This document shows positions 13,501-28,100 of a DNA stretch of 64,000 nucleotides, piece by piece. Made by a program: the position numbers and the translations under genes. This DNA comes from Phoronis australis (Eukaryota > Animalia > Phoronida), in assembly GCA_002633005.1 (NCBI GenBank), contig NMRA01000079.1:804077-868076 (forward strand). The letters are read 5' to 3'. The notes under the pieces were generated by a model that ran no database searches, had not been told where the DNA came from, and saw nothing but the letters and a program-made list of their open reading frames with translations. Each line of letters starts with the position of its first letter. Position 1 is the stretch's first letter.

Positions 13501-16500
13501 TTTTGTACAGAGTTTTATTATATATTTACTCATATATANNNNNNNNNNNNNNNNNNNNNNNNNNNNNNNNNNNNNNNNNNNNNNNNNNNNNNNNNNNNNN
13601 NNNNNNNNNNNNNNNNNNNNNNNNNNNNNNNNNNNNNNNNNNNNNNNNNNNNNNNNNNNNNNNNNNNNNNNNNNNNNNNNNNNNNNNNNNNNNNNNNNNN
13701 NNNNNNNNNNNNNNNNNNNNNNNNNNNNNNNNNNNNNNNNNNNNNNNNNNNNNNNNNNNNNNNNNNNNNNNNNNNNNNNNNNNNNNNNNNNNNNNNNNNN
13801 NNNNNNNNNNNNNNNNNNNNNNNNNNNNNNNNNNNNNNNNNNNNNNNNNNNNNNNNNNNNNNNNNNNNNNNNNNNNNNNNNNNNNNNNNNNNNNNNNNNN
13901 NNNNNNNNNNNNNNNNNNNNNNNNNNNNNNNNNNNNNNNNNNNNNNNNNNNNNNNNNNNNNNNNNNNNNNNNNNNNNNNNNNNNNNNNNNNNNNNNNNNN
14001 NNNNNNNNNNNNNNNNNNNNNNNNNNNNNNNNNNNNNNNNNNNNNNNNNNNNNNNNNNNNNNNNNNNNNNNNNNNNNNNNNNNNNNNNNNNNNNNNNNNN
14101 NNNNNNNNNNNNNNNNNNNNNNNNNNNNNNNNNNNNNNNNNNNNNNNNNNNNNNNNNNNNNNNNNNNNNNNNNNNNNNNNNNNNNNNNNNNNNNNNNNNN
14201 NNNNNNNNNNNNNNNNNNNNNNNNNNNNNNNNNNNNNNNNNNNNNNNNNNNNNNNNNNNNNNNNNNNNNNNNNNNNNNNNNNNNNNNNNNNNNNNNNNNN
14301 NNNNNNNNNNNNNNNNNNNNNNNNNNNNNNNCAGGGCTGCAAATGGCAGAATGGTAGAATCTGTGGAATACCATCCATTTATATTAAAATTTTCTAATGG
14401 TAAAGTTTTTATGGACTAAACAGTTGCTTATGTTGAGCAAGTCATAGTATGCGGAATCATTTCCTGGTAGCGGCGTGCTACATGTTGATAACTTATCTTC
14501 CCCAGGGTGTCAGCCTAAGAAGCCTATCGTTGTGGAACTGCTTTAAGTGGCGGTTTAGCTCTGATCATATATACACCGACAATAACACAAGGTTGCCAAA
14601 GTTTAACAAAGCTGAATTTGTGTTGCCCCCAGTAATTTGCAGTTGTTGTGGCCCTGTGGCGTGTACTGGTTGTGATATGGGGTGACCATCTATGGTAAAT
14701 GTTCAAAAAATGTCAACAGTTCCTGTTGCAATGCCAGCCAACATGTTGGATCAAGATGCAACTTACATTTAAGTTCATTTAACGAGGAGGCATTGCAGCC
14801 TAGTGTAGTCGGTGCCTTCTACACTCGAGATCGTGGGTTCGAGTCCCACTTGGCCACACTGCTAGACCCTTGAGTCAAGTCTCTAGTTCTTCAGCTAGGT
14901 TTAACTATATATTAGTAAAGCACAAAAATAGTTCCAGGTGATCATTGCAATGGGCCCACATGCGCGACCTGCGCAGGTCTTTTACAGCGTGTGCCAGACC
15001 GCCTGCAATTGTTTTTTGTTTAAGTTCATTTAAAAATTACATGAAAAAGCGTGTAAATTTAGAAGGAGAACTTTTACCTATGAAAAGCATGCTTGTGGCC
15101 GAGCTGGAAAATGTAATAATAAAATTGCAATACAAGACCGATCTCAAACCATTTTATCTAATCATTACTGGTTCTTCTCTATCTTAAGCATGATTTTGAA
15201 ACCGTTGTTTAAAAATACTACATGTATATTTAGGCGAGACCCTACTTTGGCATTGTCCACCGGAGCACACATGTAGGTTTGCGATCCTAATACGTCCAAG
15301 GAGTGTAGTATACTACTGTAGACTCCTTGATACGACCGACCGACTTTTAAAGTTGTGGAAAAGATTTTATCGTAGAACAAGTAAATGAGACCTGTAGCCT
15401 AGAAGCGTGATTTTCCTCTAAAAATTTCCCACAAAGGATACTTTTTGACACAATGCCTAATAAAGGAATCAGTTGGAAGTACAGTAAAAACTATACAGAT
15501 TCCTTCGAATATTACACATTGAAGTGATTGGCAAGCTTGTTGCAAGCTCGTTGCTTACGTTTAGATATCCGTAGATAGGCCTATCCATTGTTCACTTTGT
15601 AGTTCTTTCTTATAATAAAGATAATGGTAAGTATTTATCGGTAACCGGCTGATGGCGTCCAAGGTATGATATCCTTGCCACCTGTAATGTTATTTCCAAC
15701 AAAGACGCAACAAAGGAAAACAATGGTAGCGTCCCATAGGCGATAACCATGCGACGCGCTTCTGCCCGTCGCATGGATCTCGCAAGTTAAACAGTAAGCT
15801 TGCGAAATCCATTCGACGTCATGACGTAATTTGGCATCGGTTGCCATGTTTTCAAAACAGATACGTAAAGTTTTATTAGAGGCACAGTCGGGACAGCCGA
15901 TGTCTCAAACAACGTGGCACGAATGACGTTCAAAATCCCGCCTCAAGCTCAAAGCAACTACCCAAACGCCGGTTCCGGATAGACGCAGTCATTCAAAAGC
16001 CAGTGGCATGCAAATTGCTATTCATACCTGTAGCCGCAACGCCCAGTGAGACTATTCATGTACCAATGCATCGAGTTACTCAAACGAGACTATAGATGTC
16101 CTAATGTAACACACATATAAACAAAAAGTTTTTGATTTTTTCAATTGTCTTTAAACTGTTGTCCTAAGAGATGTCCATGCGCTAACAGCATAGTATCTCC
16201 TCTTGTTCTGTTTCAGGAATAATGGATTGAAAAATTATCTGTTCAAGAATCCCTACGAACAGGTTTTAACTCCAAAAGAGGGCGTTGTTTCTGGAACAAA
16301 TCCCAACCAAATAACTACTTTTTAATGAAGCTCCGTACTTCCTAATAGATCCGTTTTTCAAGTCTGCTCTTTAAATGAAGTGTCTTCAAGTCAGCAGAAC
16401 AACTGTCAACTACAAGGTCTAGTGTTTCATGGCTGGTCACACAATTTTCCATGACAGAGAGATCGGTCAGCTAATTATTACGGGCCAAGCTGAAAATATA

Positions 16501-19089
16501 TCCATTTTCTGTTTAAGATATATCAGATAATTGACAATCAATCATGGAAAAGGTCGCTCATACAGCGTATAAAACTGGACGCCGCAAGGTCATTTCCAAA
16601 ATACATCTACACGAGAGCGCGGTTCTTATTAATGATGACGGTACGGCGTCTACAGAGTGATTGGAACGTCGGCCCTTCACAGATTAGATTACCCTGGGCA
16701 ACGTACTTCTCTCCTAAGGACACCATGGTCGTATCCTGCAATAGAGGTAGGATTACTGTCATCACTGTAACGCTCACAACTTCTGAATGAAAGGTAACGC
16801 TTCAGTCACGCGCTGCCGTCTGCTTTATCGATGAGCCTTTTGTAATTGCCCATTACATGTACGTTGCTCACCCAGTCGAGATTTAACGCGAAGCAGACTA
16901 CTATCTAATGCGGATCCCAGAGTACACTAAGCGAGCAGGATAAAATCTGCCACAGTTGCTCCCGCGGGAGCTACAATTACCTGCACCTGATTGGTTTCTT
17001 TGAAGACACCGGAAGATTTCAAGGTTAGCTCAGTCTCGACTATCGTGGGTGTCGGCGTAGAATTCTTCTTCTTTTAATTGTTGTGTTCCGATTTATGCTA
17101 TGAAACCGCCATATGTCGAAAAACAACTTTCCATCAAGACCGCTTAACGTTGTAAAACTGCTTCCATTTTTTACTTGATTTGATTTCTGGGATAGTCTAA
17201 TCTTGGAAAGCACTGGCTGTTCGTTGTTGCTCGAAACCTGTGGCAACAATAGTATAGTATTGCTGACCAGTGCGTCACCAGCTTAACTTGGTCATGCTGT
17301 AGTTTATATGCCAATTAGCATTGCCTCAAGCAATAACGAATTTTTTGTGCTTCGAATTGTTTGACTTTTCGTTACTGGTCAAGGTCAATAACTCTTACCT
17401 GAGCTGGTTAGTCGGTGCAGAGCATGGTCTCAAGTGCAAAGCAACCGTCATTCCGCCCTACCCCAGAGTTACGTAAAGCTCTGAAACATACGTAAATCAA
17501 ATGTTTTGTTCGACTTTGACCGCAATTTTCCAGAGATACGGCTGTCCACTAACCAAAGTAGCAAGCAGATGATTCCGGAAGCTGCCAACATGAACGGAAG
17601 TAGCCCAGTTTGGTGGTTTTTCCGTTCCACATGGCATCTCATGTCAAGCTGGCGAAATCACTCTAACATGGTAAGGGGAAAATCACTCAGGCACTGGCGT
17701 AGCACGAGTGGGCGGGGGGTGTGAGAGAAGGGACAATGTATCCCTTTTCATTGCAAACACGCAAAGAAAACGTTACTTTTACTAAGATTTTCGTCCACAC
17801 ACATACGCAAAACGGCAGTTTTCGCCATTCTTTTGTTGCGAATACGCGTGGACAGAAATCGCATCAATAAAGAAAAAATACCTTTTACTAAAGTTAACAC
17901 TGAGCCAGACTACTTCCAATGCAAGCAAGTTTGGTTAACCTCCAATAGTGGCAACTATTGGCGAGTACAAGGAGATATCTCTCAACCCAGCATTTCCATA
18001 CAAAAGAACGCAACGACGCAAATGCTTGTACAAAAACTTCACAACTTCAGAAATTGACGAGGTACATGTAGACATAGTTCCTCACAACATTTACATGTAC
18101 GATCAATTGTAATCCGCCTATGCAACTGGATATGAATCGAATATTTCTTAGACTTCAGGAAGAAGTGACGGGTCGTCAATTGGAAACAATGTTCAAGAGT
18201 CTGGTTTGTATGTTATGCACATTCAATGCCAGTTTGAAAAACTTTCCTCACCATGCTCAGAATATATTCATTGCAAAAACCAAAAACGATGAAAATAATG
18301 TTGTGGAAGTTTTCTGAATCGCGTTATACAATTTTGGACCCACAATTGCACTCTTCGTCATATTAATGACATTTTAGGATTTTTGTGAAATTTTCTAAAA
18401 TCAGATGTATTTTCAGTTGTAACCAGGTATCAATGAAAAATGCAATGTTTTGCGTTTCCCGTTTCTATGGAAACGTGCGTCAAGTAAAAAAATTACCAGA
18501 TATTTTCGTGGCATCAGACATTTTCTGATTTGTTGAATTCAACGGATTTGTGGGAACAGAAGCCGTATAGGTAATTAAGAAAACTGTTTTATCGAATACA
18601 ATGGATTGAACGGAAGCCATATTCGTAAAAAAGAACTTTTGCTTTGTAATTGACCTTTCGCAAGCTCCGCCCCCTTGCGTAATGTCGACTAACAAACAAT
18701 AAGTTTTACCCTGCTAGGTGTTTTTGTCGGGTAAAATGGGGGCATGAAACGAAAGTTTTTCAATTGACCTATCGCCAAGATTTTGAGTGACCGCTTAACT
18801 GACCAATCAGAACGTAGCATTCTTGCCACACCTTATTTTCCACAAATCGCCATTTTTCCCGACAAACAACACGTTGTTGGGTAGAACTTATTGTTTGTTT
18901 GTCCACTTTTCACCAGAGGGCGGAGCTTGCGGTTGGTCAATTGTTCTCAGTCTGTTAGAGCCATTTGCAACAACAAGAGCTTGAGCACAGATTACATTGA
19001 ATACTTGAAGTATTTAAGTATTTGATACATGTATATGAATACAGTGGCCAACGGAGCACTTGTGTTCTCGTGGCGCGTGCGTGCGTGTC

Positions 19090-19131
<42 letters not shown>

Positions 19132-22100
19132 NGACAGTTAACACAAGTTCTCTTTCAGCGGTATGAGGAGGAAATCCTCAGGACGGATCGCCGCTACTCG
19201 TCCGAGTCAGGGTGTATTCGAGTCACCTTCCAGATCTCGTGGCCTCTTTCTGGTCCTGGTGGGCTGGAGCTTATTTACCGAAGCACGTCAATCCCTGGAT
19301 TGTGGCAAGTTGCTTGGCAGTCCCCGTTGGGTGACACATACTACAACCAAAAACGTAGCGTCGACATATTCTCTAACGATGTCGTTGTAAGTACATGTAA
19401 ATATGTAGTCACTGAGTGAAGCTTATCTCGCGATATTTCCTAAAGTTAAACACCACACATATTGAAGGGACTGCGGTCCACGTGAATTGCAGTGCCCGAT
19501 CTGTATGTATTTGAATGAAGAATCCGGCCAGTTACTGAACACCGGTCCCATATCTTGGCTTTCAAATACCTGCAAGTATGAGACTGGGTCCTGGGTCATG
19601 TACGCCTTTTTTCTAGTCTTCGATCTATTAACAGACTTAAGGCAAATGTAAAGAAAATTTCCGAAAATAAACCCACCCAAAAGCACGGCCATGGGCGTAT
19701 TTCGGAAAATTTTCCAAAAGTACGCCTAGGAATTTTGTAAACTAACTTTCTTGTTCGCACGAACGAGTTTTAACACACTAACGCATGTATGTAAATGAGC
19801 AATGAGATGCTTGGCTGTGAGATAATGCTTGTATGCTTTAGAAAGTGGTGTTTATTTCAAAGTTTCCGAAAATACACCCCTTTCCAAAATACGCAGGGCG
19901 TACATTTTGATTGATCAGACATTTTTGAAAGATCGTTTTCGGACAAACTTCCTTGGGCTTGTTTTCGAAACTTCCCAATATATGTTCAACAATAAATTTT
20001 TAAAAAAGACAAAGGTTCTATCCATATATAAATTGATGTGCAGGTTTCATACCGTCGCCTTTTGTTACTTTTTATTTTCTACTTAAATTAGATACTGACA
20101 CGTGTCTTCATATTTTTGTTTCGTTGTTTTGATTACTGTAAAAAAGAGGGTTGGATTTTTCCAGAATTTGATACCTTTCTATAAACCATGAAACAGGTTG
20201 CCTTCCGGTGTACATGGGGTGGGATGTTTGGTGTACGGCAAATTTCGATATCTGACTGCAATTACCCCTGCATGACAAGAACAACATCAACAACATCGAC
20301 AACAACAACAGCAACCTTGCCTAGCTCAACGCCACCTATTTTCGCCGTCTACACTTCATCCTACGGTAAAGCATTTGCTCCACACGACTTTCTATCCATG
20401 TTGTTGCTATGATCTTTTATTAGTCTCGTGAAATGGAATTTCCATTGCGTTTAGTTTTCCTTCTAAGCGTTTCGCACTCATAAAAGCGCGATTGAAAGAC
20501 ATTTCTGCAAATTTAATATGTTTTGCTGACCAACCTGTTAGCTCTACTCTGTCGAACTAACGAGGTTCAGTATCATAGGCTGATTTAGGGGGGGGGGGCA
20601 GGGGTCCAGGCTCCCCCCTTGACTGCTGCAAAAAATAAAACAGTAAGAGCGTGGGGAAATGTTGAGTTTAATAATTAACCCCGGTAATTAAAATTATACG
20701 GATGAAAAAAGATTTAAATGTGTGCAGTTTTAGTGTTGGGNTTTTTTCTTGTAAATTGTTGATCAAAATACTTTCTACGCGGACCAGGTCATCTGCTCGT
20801 ATTGTTGACGAGTTGAAGACGTATTCGACAGTGGTGTCTGTAATGTGCAATTAGTCACATCTGGTTTAATTTGTTGATCAAGAATATTAACATCAAGCAT
20901 AGCCTGATCCTATGCGCTCACTGGGACTAACAATTGATTTGTCATTGGTCTGAAATAATAATTGATGTGATTAAATATATTTCCATTAAAATAAAAAACC
21001 AGGCTCGTAATTGAAAATAAAAATTATTTGACCATCAATGCTTTCTTGGTTGTAATAATTCTTACGTCTATTTCATGTGTTAGATTTCAAATATCGATCT
21101 GGACCAAGTTGAATTTTAAAGTTAAAACACCAAATTCGTTCGTCCAAAACATAACATCGTTTTAGAACTGAATTTCAGTTAACTGGACAATGCAATCATA
21201 GTTATCATGTTTCTGCAGTAGCTTCTTTCATCCGAGGGGAACGGTGCCAGTGCCTACTGAGAGGCGATTTTTTCGCCGAGCGAGGGCGGGAACAATCTCC
21301 TCCCGATCACCGGCATCAATAGCACCCCCGCCCTGTTGCAAGCTCTCATAGGCTCTGCCTCAATTTAAAGTAGCCTTTTGTGCTCTTAAAAATTGTCACC
21401 TGTGTGGTTACAGGTGATGTGAACTCAGAGAAGGATTTTTCACTAGGGGAATTTTTATGCCTCGTGGGGGGAATTTCGCGTGATATTTCAATATGTTTGA
21501 GAGAGGAATAGGGCCGATATTGGGCCTCAAATTTGAGGGATTGAGGGCCCAGTCCTTTTTGGAAAGAAAAATTATAATGTTTCAACCCGTAGCAGGGGCG
21601 GATCCAGGTTTTTTAGTTAGGGGGGGCAGGGCACAGGAATAAGCAGCATTTCGGCAGATGGGCGCACCCAGCCTAAACTCTGGGGTTGCAGGGGTCTTGA
21701 ATTCTTGGGTTGACTTAAAAAAACGGTAAACGGGGTTCATTCAGCGCATATGCGTTGTTTATTCACCCCCCCCAAGACCCGCCCTGGTTGCGCACGTGTG
21801 CTAGACAGCAATTCGCACCAGAACTCAAAAACGGGATCTGATACAATTTTAGGGGGGGCATGACCCCCCCCCCCCAAATCCCTAGTCATGAAACACAGCC
21901 TGGCTGGCCCATTCTCCGGTCGTTACTATGATGCTTAACAATTGACCGACATGCGACAAAATATGATCTAACTTTTCGAAAACATTTATAAATTTTACAC
22001 TGACATATTTTGCTTCGTCGCGGCAACGACTCAACGCCTCCGAATCTCAACGTCTTTAGAGATTGTGAAGCAGACAGTTGCGTGTCCGTATTTTTTCTAG

Positions 22101-25100
22101 CCGTTCGCGGAACAACACGGTCTGAAACACAGAACTATGCCGATAAGCTAACAGAGCTATCGTAGCGAGCCTCGTTTTGGAATGCGCCTCCTGTCGGCGT
22201 GAATAGGGTCTATAAACAAGTAGGTCTCTTAGTGTGAGATTAGTAGTTAAATCGTGGTGGTGTAGTGGTAACGCACGCGCGTTCTTTTCGCAAGGTCGTG
22301 AGTTCGAGTCATAGGTACTTGCAGTTTTTCCTGTTTGACACGATCTCCGTTTTTTTGCCTTTTTTTCTTGGATAATACTTCAGGAATCAAGGAAAATGCT
22401 TGATTTTTAGAGGTAAAAATAGAAAAATTTCCTGGGCGGGAAGGGGGCAAACCCCCCTTCCGACCTCCCCCCATTCGGTGCTATGCGCATCTACAATCGT
22501 GGTTCAGTTTGCGAAAATGTTTACAGCCGGACAAAATGTTGGTCCCCCCTTGTGATATCCTAGATCCGCCACTGAGTATGGTTCGTGTGAAAATATACCA
22601 AGTCATGCTTAGGTGATACTATCCAGGTTTACTTTCATTCCTTGCATGTGGGTAAGTAGCACTTTTCGGAATGATGAGCGAACTGTTGAGCTAAAGTCAT
22701 GTCTTCTCTGTGTCTCAAAATGGATTCTGTGGTTCGAGACACACGGCGTTTTCCAACAGTCGTTCATTATTGGTCCGAAGTCTGGTCACGCTTGCCGGTT
22801 TAGATCTGTTTGAAAGGAGTTGTCGAACTTGCATCATACTTTAACAAATAGGTGAAGGTCTACAGAGCATTGACTTGTTTGAAAAAATAAGAGTCAAGTT
22901 GCCGTTCATATCCCTGATAGTCAAGCTGCTGAAGTCAAAGTACACACGATATCGCCCTACTTATAGTCTAGGCTTGGAAGGGATGAACAATACGTTACGT
23001 ACGCAGCCCTGAATGATGTTTATTTTTTCCAATTTTTGGTGACAAATTAACTGAAAAGACCTCAATAGAGATGATGACGAGAGACGACGACGACGACAAC
23101 GATGATAAACAACTTGATAACATTCATATGACGAACGAACATGTCAGAAATGAGTAAGTAATAAGATATAGTCTTGTTTAGCACGAGGTAAACCATCAAA
23201 AGTGCAGCAAACTCAGTCAACAAAGGAACAGAAAATCTCAAATAATTTTTTCTAACGAACAACGGAAAACATCTTTTGAAAGCCCGTTCAAAACTTTATG
23301 TAAAGACGTAGTTATCGGACGACAAATGCAACCTCTAGAGTGCGAACAATCAAAAATGACTTAAGTCATGAATCATAGATAGCAAAATTCTACTTCTCCA
23401 AGTAAAAATGACAAGATGGCATTTTACTCAATATTGACAATATGTAGCGTAACTTACAGGTCATAATTTTTAATCTATTAGGTACTTAGCACATGTGATC
23501 ACAACTGGCTTCCTTAGCAAGACTCTTGCGCCTACGAAGATCTAGAGAAGCAAGCTGGCCAAAACACTCACTGCATGCATGTGAGAAGCATGATATTGTG
23601 ATTTGCATTGTGTTTTCTACAGGTACGTTGAAGAGCCCAGGTTACCCATCTGAATATCCACGGCTTTCCAACCGAAGATGGAAGATCATTTCAAAGCTGC
23701 AAATTACGTTAATTTTTCGACAGTTTGACACAGAACACAACTATGACATCTTGGGGGTACGTACAGACACCGCTTGGCCTTCATTCAATTCGGCCCATTC
23801 TTTCAGACTGTTCACACGCGTGTTGGCTCTTTTTCAGCGATTTATTATTTCAAAATTTTCAAATAAATTAGTCGTGTTCTTTCTTTATTGACAGGCGAAG
23901 ACCTACAGGAAGAGCTGTTTACCTCATGAAAACGACGACTAGGCGAACATTTAAACTCCCATTGTTCCATTCGCGTGTTCGTCACAAAAAATCGCAGTTC
24001 AAAATGCTTGCCTTTTCATAATGCCATATTAAAAAGGTTTCATTGGACAATGCTTACATAAACGACGTTTACGTTACCATTTACACTTTGTCGTAACTAA
24101 AATTACATCAATGTACATGTATGAGGGGCAAATGAAACAGTGACGTTTGCCTGTAAAGTCCTTGCAGTGCACAAGGTAAAGCGACCAACGCGAGGTACAC
24201 TGTACAGTGTACATGTATATTATGGATAAATGTAAAAAGGCTAATGACGCCCTGAATCGCATGTATTTTGGATGCACCTCTGATGTTTGTTTTGTAATTT
24301 GCAAAGCAACACTTGGAATCAGTCAAATTATTTCTGTAATAAAGGCCTTAAGCCCAATATAGAAAAGAACACGTGACATACTTAAGAGTGCAGCAAGCTA
24401 AAATGGAGTCGAAAAGCATAAAATGCATGGACGCGCCCTCCGGTGGGGGGGGGGGTGCTCGGTGGACGAGCCCCGCATTTGAGGAAGAGGGCACAAAGGT
24501 CCGCCTCAGAGAAACAAAACTCCGAAAAACGTAGAAAACGAGACAGAAGTCCACTTAAAAGGCAAAATTCGGTGATGCACAATTCACAGCTCTGAACTCA
24601 AATTTTAGTAAAAGGTCCACATTCTCAAAAATTTGAGCTCCCCTGTTTGTTAGGCTGGGTGGGCGCATGAAACAGGTGTACATATGTGTAGGTTAACTTA
24701 TCTAACACCACAACATCATCACTTTTTGACATTAATCTATTGAACTTGAAAATAGACGGAAAATCCCAGTAATACATTTCAATATAATTTTCTCATAATT
24801 CAGAACATTTATCACACATGATACTCGTCTTCAACAACATTGGGGCAGAAGTGAGACACTCTGTTTTCACTATCCAGATTCAATATCTTTGCTATATTTT
24901 CAGGTGTACGATTGTGAAAACATTTACTCCTCGTGTCACCTATTAGGATCGTTTAGTGGACGAATGGATGCAAATTATGAACTCCCATGCAATAGCAGTA
25001 TAGTAGAGCTGCGCTTCCACTCGGACTCCTATCTTCAGAAGACAGGCTTTATTATCGATTGGCGTCCCTCGTCGACGACGACTACAAGACAATCACCCAC

Positions 25101-28100
25101 AAGTGAGTGATAAACAACCTGCTCCTTTGTCAAAAACAATCACTCGAGCAGTAAACCTTGTCTTTGGCATACCGACGTGGTGATTTGCATAGTGACTTTG
25201 GTGGCAGTTAAAGTTTCTTATTGGGGTTTTTTACAGACAAGTCCATCTTTAGGAGCCCCAAGTGGGCGCACTTACGGACATTTCTCACAGATTCAACATT
25301 AGCGTAATTTTGGGAGAAATATCTCTTTCTTGAATTCAAAAAAATCTTCAGCTTCGTGAGAAATCGACAAAAAAATCTTAACTTAAGTAAAACTTTTACT
25401 AGTGGGATAGTCATAAGTGGATATTGTTGAATACTTACTGGTTATTAGTGAGGTAAAGTTCTCTAGTATTCCATTTGCGCTCAGAATTTTTAGTGACGCA
25501 CCCATACATTCATCAATATCATTTAACTACTGTATGCAGCCGGGCTTGTATCTGGATTTGACTTTTGGTCCCATGATATTTGTCTCCCTGGGCAGATGAC
25601 ATCCATGTCTCATTACAAACCCTTTGTTTCCATTCCCAGCTAGCCACTTTTGACGAACAATAATCAGTCGATTTTAAAAATCATAAAGGTTTATTCTTAA
25701 CAATAAAACTTGACAAAATCAAGAAGAAAGTTTCAAAACCATTGTGTGAATCCCAGTGAGACTTGCTTTGACGGTATTTTCGGAGATCAGCAGCTAGGGC
25801 CAAACGTACTCAATAGTTTTAAAATTAAGGAAATAACTCTAGATACTCACACGGAATTCTTCAGTGCTACGATAAAATTTTTCAATGCTACGATAAAATG
25901 CATTTGAGTAACCGTTCACAATTTTTTCAGTTTCTGCAGATGTGTCTATATTCCGAAGTCCCGGCTACCCAAATAGCTACCCTGTCCGAAAGACAATGAG
26001 TTGGGTCATTCAAAAAGACAGCGAAATTTATCTGTTGTTTGAAGACTTTGACACCGAAAAACACATCGATAAATTAATGGTGAGTAGTAAGAGGAGACGC
26101 AGACGACTCTGGAAGTGACGACACGTTTCTGTCAAGTAATCCAAAGTGATCATGAACATTATGGTCGTGGTCTGTCTACATACGTTAGCTCACATACATT
26201 CAAAATCAAAATGCAATGTTAACAAAAGTCATTTTTGTAAGTCGCCGTCTCTACTACAATGGTATAGGGCACGTTCCACTGCTTCATCGCAAACCAACGA
26301 TTAACTAAAATCCAAGAGTTTCCAAGAAATTTGTCGAAGTCCTTCTGCCCGTGGCTTAACTATCAGTGAAAGCACACCATCTGCGGTGCACTTCAACGTT
26401 TTATGTTGCTCTTGTCCAATTCAGTTTCCACTATTATTAATGGAGGACGGGTGTCGGTGAGATTAACCGAAGCAAACCTAACAACCACGCTGTTTTCAAT
26501 TAGCTTCCAGCCGGTTTCAGCTTTACCGGGCGATGGTTAGATTTTGAAAGGGTTAACAAAACTCGTTCAATTACCAGTGCATGCGCGCACCCGGGGGGGG
26601 GGGTGGGGCTCGAACGAGACCCCCCATTTGGCGAAGTGGACAAAAAGGTCCTCCTCAGAGTAACAATAAGTCCGAATAAACGAGACAAAAAGTCCACTTA
26701 AAAGGCGCAAACGCACAGTTCGCAGCTCTGGACGAGGTACCCGTTTTTTTTAGTCCTTCGGCTGCTTTTGTCGGTAAAAGGTCCACATTGTCGGAAATTC
26801 GAGCCCCCCATATTAAAGGCTGGGTACGCGCATGAAGTGGTGCTTTTAACTACGTGTAAGTAAGGTTCTGACGTCATTGCCCAATGGTGTAAACTGTGAT
26901 CTTGATGTTTAGGTGTACGAACTAGATTCAAGAAAGAACCGTGTTCTCCTTAGAACCTATAGCGGCCAAGTGACGCGAAATGAATGCTATGCCACGGGTA
27001 GCAGCCACGTGGAATTACTGTTTATTACGGGTTACGAAAAGAAGAATGGCTACAGGGGATTCCAGATTAAATGCTCTACAACAAGGCCACCTTCATGTGC
27101 TGGATTGAGCTCTGGGCGTAAGTCTATATTACCAGTTTTTTACCGAGGTTTGGCTGATAAGCTTTGACCCAGTGTCGGGATTCTCGGCCATATTTAAAAT
27201 GGAATAGTGGAATTTTATGTATCGTTGTGTTTTTCTATTCCCCTATCCCGGTGGACAAAATCTTGAAACCACGCCTGACCACACGAACTCCCAACCGTGA
27301 CGGAAAGCGTCACTCTGAAGAGTCTTTATTACCATACAAAACGAATCAATGTCGATTTCCGAATGAACACCGCACTTCGATTGCACTGTACATTTGTGCA
27401 GGATATAATTTCGCAGATGCAAGAATCTCTAAGGAAGCAAATTTGATAACGTTGTACGCTTGTAACACATGGCGATATCTCACGAAGTCTTGCGTGTTCT
27501 TGTGTTTTCGAGAGATTACCGCCTCTGCGGAGCACACGCCTAGAAGCTGTACCCTTTGCGAGCAGTCTCACTTTTTTTAATCCAGTTATTTGCCACAGCT
27601 ACATTCAAAATTAAAAATAACCGCCACTACATGAAAAGTCATAATTACACACAGCGTTTCAGTAATTCTTAAACGTCCTCAGTTGAGTTAATTTCAAAAT
27701 CATTTTCAGGCATTGTACATAGACTGTTCATCAATAAATCTGTGGTTATGAAAGAACCCCAGGCTTACTATTCACTAAATGTTAATCAGATCTCCTTCAA
27801 CCAGCAGCTGTCACGTGGTTGCTCGCACTCGACGCTTACTACGCGCAGTCCTAAAGATAACCTATCGTTCTTAATGCAACTGAGATTTAGCATGTTACCA
27901 CGAAATCCCATACTATCTTGTTCCATTTTAATTGTTAAAGTCTCATTTTGTTATATACCCAATATTGCAGAAACTGTCGGTTTATCAATAGGCGTCGTGC
28001 TTGGATTCGTGTGCATTGTGGGAGCTGTGGTCAGCGCGTGCCGTCAGCGTAAGAGACGGACGACAGATGACACCAGAACACGTCCAGGAAGATCTGTGCA

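Noticed and set aside
3076-14419. Long ORFs in the ORF track (3076-4134, 3108-4058, 13385-14419 and similar)
   Set aside because: Artefacts of N runs.
14795-14860. Possible tRNA gene
   Set aside because: It has A/B boxes but no complete cloverleaf, and it continues into a repeated body. Treated as a SINE.
27742-27970. 5' part of the 274-aa ORF
   Set aside because: Intronic read-through upstream of the acceptor at 27971.
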